Source: Setoptus koraiensis (taxonomy: Eukaryota; Animalia; Arthropoda). From it: a DNA stretch of 64,000 nucleotides. Below the pieces are notes generated by a model. That model saw only the letters and a list, made by a program, of their open reading frames with translations, was not told the origin of the DNA and made no database searches. The stretch is taken from assembly GCA_048013815.1 (NCBI GenBank), contig CM106585.1, positions 3,472,001 through 3,536,000 on the forward strand, given 5' to 3'. Both the position numbers and the translations under genes were made by a program. Below, piece by piece: positions 24,201-37,414 of the stretch (position 1 is the first letter of the stretch; each line of letters opens with the position of its first letter).

Positions 24201-27200
24201 GACGACGATGATCTGAGCATGGGCAGTGCCTCTATGAGGCCCCAGCGAAAATCGCGCGACATATTGCCTAATGCCGTGAGTTTGTTGTTGGACAGGAGCG
24301 CCCAGATTAGAAAGGACAGTCTGGAGCAGCGCAACAGGGCGGACAGTCCCGGGCCCCACAGCGACAGCACCATGGCATCGGGCAGTGGTGGTGGGTCGCG
24401 CGTTGCCTCGCACATAGGCGGCGCCGGTGGCAGCAGTGCCGGCTCGAAGGCAACCACAACAACAACCACCAGCGCCAGCACCTCGGGCACCTCAAGTCCG
24501 CTGTCTGCAACGGGCGCCAGCGGACGGGCGGGCTCATCGGGCAAGGGCGGCGCCGATTCTACCGGCTCGTCGTACAGATCGGCCATGAGCAGTTCGTCTG
24601 GGGCGCCCATGACGGCGCGCCAGAGATTGGCCTACAAGCGATCTGTGACGCAATCTATTCACAGTAGCCAGGACAATCAAGACAATGGAAACACAATTTT
24701 GACCGCTGGCAACAATTCGGCCACTAGCATTTACAGTACGGCGTCGAGCGGCGCCGGCGCCGGCCCCACTACCACTGGTCACAGGTCCTCTTTTGAGGAC
24801 CCCCTGTCAGGCTCGGGTACAACGCTCAACAAGACTCTAGCCTCGTCGTCCATGCCCTATCAGAGCAGATTTTTGTCCCGAAGCAGAACGTCGGCCGCCT
24901 TGGCACAACCAAGCACAACTACAAATAGATCTCAGTTGATGGACAGCACCAACAACAATTCGTCGCTAGACAACGGAGACGGCTCATCGGACAGAGACTA
25001 TTCTATTGCGTCCAACAGGTCAACGGCGTCCTATTTGAGCGGCCGAGACAGGGGCTCCGGGGCAAGTGGCAGCAAGATAACGCCTCAGCCGTACAGATCG
25101 ACAGCGTCAACAGGTAAGTAGTAGTAGCAGCACAGGCACAAATGTGAGATTGTTATTTTGACAGCTAAACATGACAGACAAACAATTTCTCTGAACAACA
25201 ATCTATCTGACGGTATTCGTTGACGACCAACCAACCCACCTACACGCCGACCAATCGACTGGCTATCATTTGTTCAGTTGGGCCTACGACATCGAAACGA
25301 TCTCCGCAAATTGAGCAAATCGATGACATGTCCCCTTTCGAAGGTAACTAGATCAGCACCCAAAAGTGCTAGCGCCTTTGACACGACTAACCAGTAATCG
25401 AGCGACGCGCAAATTGTTGAGCGCAAACCACATACACAAACATATACAAGAACACAAATATAGCCACTTGTCGTCAACACGTAATACGTAATGTTTGGCA
25501 CAATGTTACCGTTACGCCAATCAATAACAACAGGCAACATTCTAACGACTCTCTGTATTAACCTGTATTTACCTGTTTCCCCAAATTGTTGTTGTGCTGT
25601 TGCTGGTCTCACATCGTAGCATCTTTCAATTATCGTCCTGGCCCAGCTTCTACCTCGTATACTTCGCCCACTAGCGTGTCCACAACAAAGGGCCACAATC
25701 ACAATTCGCTGCAAAAGTATCTGTATTGGCCTCTGAGAGCCATGACATCGTCTAACAAGGTCGCCTCTTCAACTCAAGATGTTTTGAGCGGTACCAGTAA
25801 CTCTAAGGATTCTTCTAAATCTCCATTAAGCTTTAGTGCGCACCATAATAATAGCACTAGTGCTGGCGCTGGTGCTGGCGCTGGCAGCAGTAATTTGTAC
25901 GGCTTCAGAGGGAGATTGAGACAAAAATAGAGGGTCTTGTATGAGCTGCGGCCAGAGACCGATGCAAGAAAGATGGTACGTATGCTCGAGCGCCAGTCGC
26001 AATTTCCCATCCTCGTCGTCTAGACAATTCAAAGCAAGCTAGAAAAGTAGCATTATCCTATGTAGTATAATGTATAAGTGAAGTAATATAGAAATTGACT
26101 AACTGTGCATTGTTCGCATGATTGATAGTTACAGCTAATAATACACTACTACCATACTAATGACTCATGAATAATAATATCGCTATCGCCACCATTATGC
26201 AATCGATTCTAATCTTGACTTATTTACTTTTCTTCTGTATAATTATTCTGATTAATCAATTTGTGTATTGCAACATGAAAGGTATGAAAACACATTCGGA
26301 GTATCTGAGGAATAAATTTAGCGCCAGCAGGAGAGCCTCGGGCGCCGGATCGGGCTCTTCGGCTGCGCTTCTGAGAAGCCGCAGCTCGCACGCAATGTTC
26401 GGCAGAAGCAATTCGGACAGTAACTCGGACACTCCAGCGGGCATATCGGACGTCGAGGATAACGATGTTATGTCTATCAGTAGTGGCATCAGTCAAATCA
26501 ATCAAAGTTATCTGTCTAAGCGAGGCTCTTTTGGCACGGCGGGCGCAAGCACAGTTGGCGGAACAGGTTTGTTGACATCGTCAATTGGTTCAGATTCGCT
26601 GCCCAGCCAACTGTTGGACAGATGCGTTTACACTCACAAGAAACGAATGTTGTTTAGATTGGGATCTCGTGGCAGCGATCCGGGCCATCTGACATGGCCC
26701 AGGGGCGTAGCGGTAACAGGCAATGATCAGATAGTTGTCGCTGATTCGTCCAATCATCGTGTTCAATTATTCGATGTTGGCGGCAGATTCTTGAGCCAAT
26801 TCGGATCGTATGGTTCCGCTCCGGGAGAATTTGATTGTTTGGCGGGCATTGCCGTCAACAGAATTAGACAATACATTGTGAGTGATAGATACAATCATCG
26901 TATACAAGTGTTTGATCCGTCGGGCAGATTTATGCGTGCATTTGGCACTGTCGGCCGCTCAGACGGCAAATTCAATTTACCCTGGGGTGTTGCTTGCGAT
27001 AGCTCGGGCTTGATATATGTTTGCGATAAAGAAAATCATCGAGTACAAGTGTTCGATATCAACGGTAGTCATATCAACAAATTTGGACAATGCGGCAACG
27101 GGCCAGGTCAATTGCAGCATCCACATTACATAGCCCTCGGTCAAGGTAAAGTTGTTGTGACAGACACTAACAATCATAGAGTTCAGATATTTGATTTAAG

Positions 27201-27586
27201 CGGCCGCTTAATAACATTGTTTGGACAAGAAGGCTCGGCCAATGGTCAGTTTAAATTTCCAAGGGGAGTAGCAATGGATGATCAGGGTTACATAATAGTG
27301 GGTGATTCGGGCAACAATAGACTTCAGATATTCAACTCAGAGGGCGTCTTTGTCAAGGTTTGTCTCTTCTTAATTCACCAAACACTATTCATTTATCACA
27401 CAATATCTATAAGATATTTGATGATGGCGACTAATTGTAATCATCTGCTCTCATATCTCACAACAGTCGCTAGGTACATGGGGCAGCGCCGAGGGTGAAT
27501 TCAAAGGCATCGAGGGAGTTGCTGTAAATTCAAGTTATAATATTCTTGTTTGCGATCGTGAAAATCATCGCATTCAAGTATTTTAA
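21243..27586 (+). CDS. nhl-1: TRIM-NHL E3 ligase, NHL-1 / Drosophila thin(abba)-like (about 1688 aa)
   Basis: RING (LTCAICLD..PRLLPCQHSFC..KCPECRAEHRIPYQGV), B-box-like Cys/His region, coiled coil, long S/T/G/D-rich linker, then NHL repeats (WPRGVAV, DSSNHRVQLF, DRENHRIQVF). Exons 21243-25113, 26282-27357 and 27467-27586 sum to 1689 codons with compatible phases. The 26282 acceptor is a weaker AAG. Confidence 0.88.
25620..25930 (+). CDS. Candidate optional exon of nhl-1 (in frame, ends in TAG)
   Basis: The acceptor CATCGTAG at 25619 is phase-compatible with the 25113 donor. The translation (ASFNYRPGPASTSYTSPT...) has the same S/T/G-rich style as the linker. Confidence 0.5.
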
Positions 27587-30500
27587 TTTTAATATTTTGT
27601 GCTTAAAATGAATAATTGTTTTAGTTCCATCGGATAACTACAGTTACGTGGCAATGATATGTAAAATGCATATTGAAACTATTATGCGCTCAACTTTATT
27701 AATAAATCACACAGACACACCAATAAACTATTGAAAATAAACAATTATGCAACCTTTGTCACGTGACAAATCGAGTGATCGATTTGTCGATCATAAATTC
27801 ATGATGTATCCATTTTACGCAGCCAGCAATAGCTAGAATCAAGAGTCTGAATTGGCCTATTCATACATCTTGCACCGATGGGTGTCGTCAAGAGCTTTTG
27901 CTCTGCATATCATGTGTCCAGCAGAGCTGATACCATGGACCAACCGATCGAGCATTGTAACGAGGCATAACAGGTCTGGCTAGAACGAATCGTCCCAGAT
28001 ATTGATAATCTAGAATAATTGATTCTGGAAAGAACAATGCTGCCCCAAGCGATGAAAGAGTGTAAGAGGTAAATATAGCCGAGATGTGACAAACGTGTCA
28101 CATCTCGTTTGCCCATGCTTTTCTATCAGATAAAATGACACAGTGACTGGAATGAAAAATGCTAATGTCGTCAGACTTGAGTATAGGTGTATCAGGCACC
28201 AATCGAGTCCGTAGGTCATCCAACTGGATGTGATAATTAGACGAGGCATGATAATGCTTATTGTAACTATCACCTACCATCTATTTGTCGTCATAGCCAT
28301 GTTTGCGGTCTCTATTAATCATTATGAGACTATTGAGAGGCGACTGCCAGTCGCCACCAACTACTACTTGCATTAGGATCAATTGTAATAGAGCTAAAAC
28401 GATTAAAGGAGTTGCGTAAACTTTGGTGAAACCGATCGATTGAAAAATAAATTTATCTACGTGACACACTCAAAACCACATTATATGTATTTGACGCTCG
28501 AGTGTTGAGGCGCATCCGACGATGAAAGACTCCCACGCGCTTCATGATATTTCATCATAATCAATCTGTCAGTCTATTTACAACTGTAAGTCAAAGTGTA
28601 AGGTTGGTGCCGATTGCATGTACATGTATTACTATTGTGTGCGTATTATCAAGATTTAGAAAGGCATTGCGAAAATTTTCACCTCTTGTTGTGCTAACTA
28701 ATGGTTATTACAGTATGTTGCATAGATTATCGTACAGCTTCGATGATATCCATTTATGATTATAACCAGCATAGCATTTGGCATAGTACAAACAAAAATA
28801 GCATGGATGTGATGATTATAAGTTAGTACATGTAACATGATATTGTTGATAGTTGTACAATTGTATAATGCATCATAATCAAACAACAATAGTGAGACAG
28901 ATCCGAGCAGAAACAATAAGGTTGTTAATGATTAATATTATCATTGTGAGGCTTTGTACCCTGTTGCTATGAGCAAGCAGCAATTTTTTGTTTACCTGTC
29001 TGGATGGAACCGTTTAAATTCATCATTCTGTTGACTTGTATCTGTGGCCAATGTACAGGTGATATTACTATTGACGGCTTAGGCTCACAACATCGAAAGT
29101 GTCGATCCGACCAAAGATAGCCGTTGACGACAAGTACAAGTGGATGCAACGACGATTTTCATTGCCGCTTGCCGAGGCTCAGCTGGATCAGGAAAGTCGA
29201 CTGTCGGTGAATTACAGTAGACGCTCAAAAAAAAAAAAGAATCATGATAAATACACAAATTCAACAGGACGCGCTCCGCAAGCGAAAAAGATTCCTGTAA
29301 ACCGGCAACATCAACAACCATCAGGCTGCCACCAGCAATGAATCATCCAAGGCCACCAAAACTCAACCACCAGTGATGACGCCATCGACGCCGCAACAAC
29401 GATTTGGACGCTCACAATATTCTCAAAGGGTCTTGGAGAATGACATGGACGTGTCGTCAATAAGTCAAAATGTGAAAAGCGCCTGATTGTTGAATGAGAG
29501 CGGATTGATGGGAACCCAAAAGGTCCAATCGTGCACAAAAGCCTCCCTTTGGCTTCACAAAGAGATTGTTTGTTAGCTAAACTGTCCACCATTCCATTGT
29601 CTACACATTCGTAAAAGGAAAATCTCAGCGACTCCTCTAGTCAACTGATACACATATGTACCACATTACAATGCTCGTTGTTGTTGCTCTGTCTCTCTCA
29701 ACAGCAGCTTTCTTTTCGAATTCGAATGTTTATTCTGAAGCTCGCTCGCTTCGTTAATCCATTTGGCAACAGGCACAAAATTTCAATATAAAAGTAATTA
29801 ATAGTTGTTGATTAATGATGTCTAGAACAGAAAGGAAAGATAATAAAATAAAATAAATAATAAAAGTAGATCGCTTGTGAGCGCAGGAACAGGTGGCGCA
29901 TCAATTGAAGCGATGTAATATGCCAAAGCAAGAGTGATGATGCCAGACTCGAAAGCGCCAACGGCTTACAACGGCTCTGATGGAAAGCTTGGCTCGGCTT
30001 GGGGCGCCTGCGCTGCGCAAGCATGTGTCTGCTGCTGCTGCTGCAGACAGTCGGCACCCTTGTGAATCTGCACACTACTCTATGGGTGCACGGATGGTGC
30101 TGCGGGCATTATTGGCTGCACCATGCGTAGCCATTGGTGCCGAGCATCATGCTAGTGTCATGGTGCTAGTGGCATGGTGCACCGATGGTGCAGCCAATAA
30201 TGCGCACAACAATTCGGCGGCCGAATTGATCGCTGCGAGAGTGCAACGATGATAAGAGTATTGCGTGCACCATGAAGTTTTTGCGATTGTTTGTGTGGTG
30301 CAAGCAGCACATGAGATGGTGCAGCAGCGTGGAGCGATGAAGGCCGACAAGCGCACAGACTGATTATTTTATGGTTCGTTCTGTCTGGGCGATGAGTAAA
30401 ACAGGCAGCTTCGTGTCTAGTCTGGTTAACGCATAACGAGTTAGCGAATTGTGCCAACAACACAGTGCTCACAAGCCAGCGCGCAAGCCGGCCTAGCGCT

Positions 30501-31711
30501 GACAGCTTGTGAGCGCTGGAGAGCGGAAAGATTCGCTAGCACCGAACAGGCGTTGTTGTTGGGCGCACTATCCGATAGTGACTGTCGAACAAAGAAAGTG
30601 CCGATCACATGTTGTCGTAATGGTGGCACCATTTAACGAATGGTGAGACGAAAATGTAATCTCGGCACTGGCTTTGTGTAAATCAGCTATATCTTACACA
30701 CGTCTCATGATGATCTTGCCGTTTATATCTCCAAACGGCGTCTGGCGAATGTGATGATGATGCCGAATGTCGAATCATAGAATTGGCTCGTACAATACGA
30801 AATTCGTATTATGAATTGTTTGGCATTGTGGAGCAAGATGGTGTCCATTGTGTAACTGGTGCTGCTATTTTGGTGCTGCTACGTTGGTGCTGCTCTAGTA
30901 GGCTACTAGCTAGTGTCAGCTATAGCGGTGCAACTAAATGTGCCGAACTAAAAAGTGCAAGCACCAACTGCACCGGTAAGTCACAGGATGCAACCGGACT
31001 GACTAGCGAATTTTGGTGCCACCAATCACGCTGCACTACGCACGCTCGCTCGGCCGGGCCGGCGCCATGAGCACCAACTGCTACATTGCTTGTGTCTAAT
31101 ATATTACTAGTGACTAATATTATTACTAGTGCTACGGTAAAATATTGTCAATCCGGTGTATATGCTCCACATTTAGTGTTCATTGTTATTTAATATTCGC
31201 CAGTATATATTACAATTATTATTATTACTATTATTATTACTGCTAGCATAGCCTGTAAAACCCTGTTAGGAGGCCGCATCCCAGGCAGCGCCATCGAGAG
31301 GAACGAATCGTGTGGCAGCAGAGCGAACAAAATATTGATAACACTAACGAATAGGAACAGGCCTTATTTGTCGGATCTCCGCTCTCCTTTTTGTTGTTAT
31401 TTTTATTATTAGCTGTGTAGCTACACACAACATCAACTAGAGCTTATTACCATCAACTAGATTCTGCCAGTATTATGATAATGACTTTGTCGCAATCATC
31501 TTCACATATCTCGCCAAGATAAAACTCGGCAACATCATCACAGATTGTATAGGGTGAAAGAAAAAACAAGGATACACTGCAACGGCCATTGATTGCTGGA
31601 ACCGACAATAACAACAACATCAACAACAACGACAACAACAGTGAAATCAGTCATCAGTACAGAATACGCAACTACACACATTTGAGGATTACCCATGCTA
31701 TTTGAGCATAG

Positions 31712-31785
31712 ACTCTACACTATAGACTCTGCAGTATAGACTCTGCAGTATAGACTATGCAGTACAGACTCTGCAGTATAGAGTC
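31712..31785. repeat. 14-bp tandem array (TAGACTCTGCAGTA), about 5 units
   Basis: Direct reading. Confidence 0.85.
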
Positions 31786-32178
31786 GTCAACATTTTGCAC
31801 AAACACACACATCGGTTTATCTGTCTTATCCAGCAACAACAACTTATTCTCCGCAATTTATAATTCAGATTGAATCACAATTCGGCTTCATATGGTCCCT
31901 CCTCATAATGTATCATCAGATCAGTTATTTCTCTTTCACCCTGTGTTCAGGGCCAAAACATGCAATGCATAATGATTCATCGAGGAAACGCGACACAAAT
32001 CTTCTACACATTCATTCACTCGCAAGCACACTACTATAATTCTACCACTACTACTAGTATCTTACTAATCTTGCTAAACTACTACCACCACTATTACTAC
32101 TATCACTACAACGCCAAGCACAGTAATAACTATAAATAAACTACTACTACTACCATTGCTACTTCTACTTATTAGTAG

Positions 32179-32209
<31 letters not shown>

Positions 32210-33446
32210 TGGATAGTATAGAGCTTTTACTACACTACATCATAGTGTTAAATATTATTAAATGAATATAAACAAGAAGCAACATCTGACCTTCAGCTTA
32301 CGACTGCTATGAATACATAGACACAAGCACAAACTTATTGGGATAGTAATAATAATAATAGTAATAATGGCAACAGTTTAAGCGAGGCAAAAAAGAAGCC
32401 TGTCATTATTACTTTTTGTTTCAAGCCTCGCACTGGATGATGTGGAAAGAGAGCAGAGCAGAATTTGTACATGGTAATACCAGTAGCGAATGTTCAATTA
32501 AAAATATTAAAACGAAACCATGCAAAAAGAAGCACCAAGAAGTAATGGCACCTTTCCCTCTATAGGAGGCTTCAAAGAACTATGATAAGATAGTTATGAG
32601 TTATCATCATGATGAACATCAACATCGATTTATTGCTGTAGCCATAGTAACCTTTACATCGTCTCATATCTAGCTTCACAACGCGTTGTAGTCAGGCTCT
32701 ACCAGATCATTCATAACTTTGGCGCACACATCACTTCGTCCTAAGCAACTGTATCAACTCAATTGCTAATATCATACAGAGTACACAAACTCAAAGTAAA
32801 CGACAGAAACGAAACAGACCTACTTTAATACATTATATATGTAGTTCCGTTCTCATCTCTCTTGCTATGTGTATGTGTGTGTGTTCGAATTAACCTCCCA
32901 TGTATTACTGTTTGTTGAGTGCATCTGAGTTAAATACACATTGGATAGCTGATTAGAGTTTGCTATGTCAATCAAAAATTTACATCAAGGTGGCTCGAAG
33001 TACTACACTCACACTCATGACTATGAGAGATGATTGTTGCATTGGCAAGCGCAAAGTGTTAGTTCTCTGACAACTAGTTTGTATTTATTACATCTTTCTC
33101 AAGATCAATTAATTTACATGCGATATACATTCTATTGTATTTAAGATTAACAAAATAAGTATTCAACCATCTACAAAAACAGCCGGCATCATGCAATACA
33201 ATATACATATTATGTTTCAAGTACAAAGAAGACTTACCATGTTATTGCATTGCTATCACTGAATTCTTCAAGAATTTCACTAAACGTAGAAATTATTGAC
33301 AGTATTGTCAATCATAGATGGAAATACGGAGTGACAATAAATCTTTCAATATACCTAAGACATATCAGAAATCTGACTGATTTCTGATTTTGTTCACATT
33401 CAAGAATACATCTCACATAAAGAGTCGATACAGCAAGCTCATAATA

Positions 33447-35733
33447 ATGCCTGTACGGTCAGGTGTATGTACCTACAGCCCTCTGGCTGCATCAAATTCT
33501 AGATACTCTTCAGCATCATCGACTTATGCCCCCTCATCTTTGTCAATTGGTCACTATAAACCTTTGGCTTCATCAAGTGTATCCACATTAAGCAACAGAT
33601 ATAATTCGTATATGCCATCGCAGTCGACATTATCTGATCAATATCACACCAGCAGTCTAGGAAGCAGTCGTTATTCTACAACATCATCGCCCTCAACATC
33701 AGCATACTTATCCACATCCTCGTCACCTTCGACATCATCTTCCTCGTTATATTCTGCCTCATCTCACACCAATGGACACTATAAACCTCTCAGCTCCCCT
33801 TCATTGTCAATCAGTGCAACAAGAGGAATCAACACAAGCAACTCAAGGTATTATCCTAGTTCTACAAATTCTGCCAGCTACAGTCCTCATAGATATTCAT
33901 CTTCATCTGGAGCATCGATCTCCTCAGCGTCGTCAACTGGAAGTGGTTCCAATCAAGCAATTCAATCTTATCGTCGACCTTCGATAAATCATATCACTAG
34001 TAGTGGATCGAGTAGAAAAATATCCAATGTAAGTAAATTGAATAGAAAAACTGACACGATAACTTTAGCATTGGATTCTCTACGACAGTATATTGTCACA
34101 TATAAATCTCAACTTCTAACCATAGATAAAATAAAACTAAATGTTCATCATTCTTTTCCTCCAAACGATTTCTTCATCCTTCGACCATGTCGGGATTAAA
34201 AAATGGACTACAACCTTTACCAAATCAAAACATTCGATATTTTGGTATTGAACTTACTGCTTGAACTCTCTCGCGACCCGAATGGATTACGTTGTCAAAT
34301 ATATGTTTTGCAATTGAAAATATCAACCATCCAACTAATCATCACGTTGAACAATAAAAAATATTTGTCAATTCATCATTGGCGCAATGCCATAAAATAT
34401 TACTCTACTCAACAGGACAAATCAACAATCATCGCAGGCTTACCTTGTGGTCTTATTAATCTGGGCAATACATGCTACATGAATGCGGTTCTACAAGCCT
34501 TATACTCTGTGGAAACATTTCGCAAGTTAATTTTGCGCTCCTATGGAAAATCTCTGACTAACGGTAATTTTTTTTTCCAATGGCAATGATTGGATACTAT
34601 ACATCCCATTCCCTGACATGAAATGTATTTTTACTCATTCAAAATTCTACATTCTAAACTATTCCATCAGAATTATCGGATCTTTTCAAGCAAATGCAGA
34701 CATCCACATCGGCCGTGAGCCCTGCGAACTTTAAATATGCATTTTCAAGGTACCAGTCAAGGTTCAGTGGTTTGGGCCAGCAAGATGCTCAGGAGTTCCT
34801 AAGATATTTAATTAATGGTGTACATGAGGAATTAAACGAGGCATCTACCAGACCTAGACGCTATACTCCTTTCAAAGCACCTGAAAATGCTGACGAAGCT
34901 TGGACCCAGTACAAGCAGGTATTAGATGATTCACCACTAGTCAATTTGGTTGTTGGACAGCTATGTTCGATGATAACATGCGGAATATGTCAGAATAAAT
35001 CCAACTGTTGGGATCCATTCTGGGATCTATCTTTGCCATTAATGCGAGGTAGGCATGCTTGCAAGCTATCCGATGTCATCTCAGACTTCTGTGCCAAAGA
35101 AATATTAGACCAAGATGAAAGACCTGTAAGTAACAAAGATAACGCCAACTTAAGCTTTATATCGAAATGAATTTGTTTAGCCTAATACTCTATATCTTTT
35201 ATCCTTTACAGATTTGTACTCACTGCAAAAAGGCGACTAAATCTACCAAACAAATTTCTATTCATAGATCCCCGCAGTTATTAATTCTCCATTTAAAGAA
35301 ATTTTCCAACGATGGTTACAAATTAACCAGTCCTGAGGTGAAAATAGACAGGCAGCTAGAATTAAACTCAGTTAGCTATACCTTAAGTGCCTGTATATCT
35401 CACCATGGTCATTCATCATCGTCTGGTCATTACACCAGTCACTGTAGATATTCATCTCATTGGTTCCATTTTAACGACAACAGGTAAGAACAACCAATGC
35501 TCATAAATTGATGTACAAGACTCTGCCTTGGTCTATGAGGCAAAACAACCTCCCTACGATATAAGACTAACCCTAAAACTCAAAATTCGATTTATTCCTA
35601 TAAATTATCCTAATTATCCTAATTTAGTGTGAGGGATGTTACAAATTCTTTCTGTGAAGCCAAGCTAGATGATGCTTATGTATTAATTTATCAGCAACAA
35701 CAATCTAGTCCCAGTGATTACTCAAAATTGTGA
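33447..35733 (+). CDS. usp2: Ubiquitin-specific protease, USP2-like (5 exons, about 520 aa)
   Basis: Exons 33447-34028, 34416-34563, 34671-35125, 35212-35483 and 35628-35733, all GT-AG with matching phases. Cys box GLINLGNTCYMN, QQDAQEFL, His box HHG..SSGHY, WFHFND. S/Y-rich N-terminus; ends in SKL. Subfamily (USP2 vs USP8/21) is from memory. Confidence 0.88.
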
Positions 35734-37260
35734 TTGTTACAGTTAAAAAATGTTAATATTAAACTCTATCATCATGTTGCCACAAATTTATGACGTTTAA
35801 CAACACAGCGGCAACTAGATGTTTTCCACATCGGAATCTGATCGTGTAATTGTTGTTTCTAGATTCGTTCTATCCCCAATAGAAATCTTTAGAATTTACT
35901 TATGATGATTGGCTCCATTAAGGGCCCCTCCTCTGCATTATATCCCTAAGGAAAGCGAGACGTTTGACGTCTGGGCTATCAAGTGACATTCTCGGTATTG
36001 AGTGCACTTGCACTTTAGAAAATAGAGATTGTGTTCAAGATCTGTTTTCTTCTTAGATTCTTTCTTTGTTAGATAAAATGATGCTGGTGCAATGCGTGCG
36101 TTGGTGCAATCGGTGCTCGCATGATATCGGGGGACTTTGCTCTCAAGAAGCATTAACTCTTGTTCAACTCTCCCAACGTCAGAGGTCGCTAGCGTGCGAA
36201 TGCTCGTGCCCAGGCTGAAAAAATTCTCGTTCTGGAACACAAACACTGCTGAAGCGACCCCTAGCGATGGAAAAGCGCGCACATACACAAGGGGCATAAG
36301 AGCCGAGGGATTTGAAGCTTTTGTGCACCTAGTGCGTTCACAGACGCACCAGAGGAGAGAGTGTGCAAAAGAATGCATTATTAAGGCTGCCTGGGGATCG
36401 CAGAAACCCTGAGAAGCCGGGTTGTGCTGAAGTGAAGAAGAAAGAAAGCCATTCTGTGTTCTCTGTTTTGTGTGTGTGTGTGAGTGTATAAGCTACAGTA
36501 AATAATACAAATGTATGCACAACAATTCGCATCATCGAACAAAATGGAAACAATGCAAATTATAACACAATATTGGTGATATCGTCTCATCTCATTATTT
36601 GTTCCATCACATGGCTTCTCATTTTGCCAATTAAGCGAATGGGAAAAAAAGAAGAGAAATAGATGAAAAAAGAAGTGAGCACACATCATTTAGACAACAA
36701 GGCATTTGAAATAATTTATGATTGCCCTTTAATGCGTAAATAATTTAATAACTATATCATTGTTAACAACTAACATCGAGTCCAAGGGTATCATCATCTC
36801 ATATTACATTGATGATAACGCAGGCTCCATTATATTGGCTATGCGACAACTGCTGCAACGAAGATGACATATCGCATCATCACACAGGCAAGACAAGCGA
36901 AACAAGCTGGATTACAACACATTCCATGGCACCAACAACAACAGCAACAGCGGCAGCAATACATACCCACACACATATATATATTTAATAACAATATTTA
37001 AATTTGATTACCACTGGCTTCTGCTTATCATGCATGTTTCAATGACGGCGCTATTGGGCTGAAATGATGATGACAACTACTACTAGGAATCTGCTGCTAG
37101 TAAAAATAGGCCAGACAATTTTGATCTAGGAGAGAACAACAAGAAAAAGACATATATAACAACCATCATGAGCATTGCACCACTCATGTGCCATCGCAGA
37201 AGCCAATAAAAGTCATATTCATTAGTGGCTTTTGTTGTTGCTTTACATAAACGAATTACA

Positions 37261-37268
37261 CACACTCA

Positions 37269-37313
<45 letters not shown>
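37261..37313. repeat. (CA)n microsatellite in the vav 5' region
   Basis: Direct reading. It explains the HTHT tract at the start of ORF 37232. Confidence 0.95.
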
Positions 37314-37317
<4 letters not shown>

Positions 37318-37414
37318 TTGCATTGGATCATCGTCATCAAGTTGGCACATTAGATGTGCCAAAGCCATACGTTGTCGCAAAGCATTGATAAGAGTGACAG
37401 ATACTAAAGGCGTG

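Noticed and set aside
29099-29486. Protein-like short frames around a poly-A run
   Set aside because: The frames are short, mutually out of phase, lack usable splice sites and have no recognised homology.
35915-36300. RNase MRP-like motifs (AAAGTCCCC and GGGGC on the minus strand)
   Set aside because: The P4 partner strand pairs incompletely and the other conserved regions and a Pol III terminator could not be placed. A cmsearch would settle it.
37232-37414. N-terminal extension of the Vav ORF
   Set aside because: It starts at TTG and runs through a (CA)n microsatellite, so it is more likely UTR or intron.
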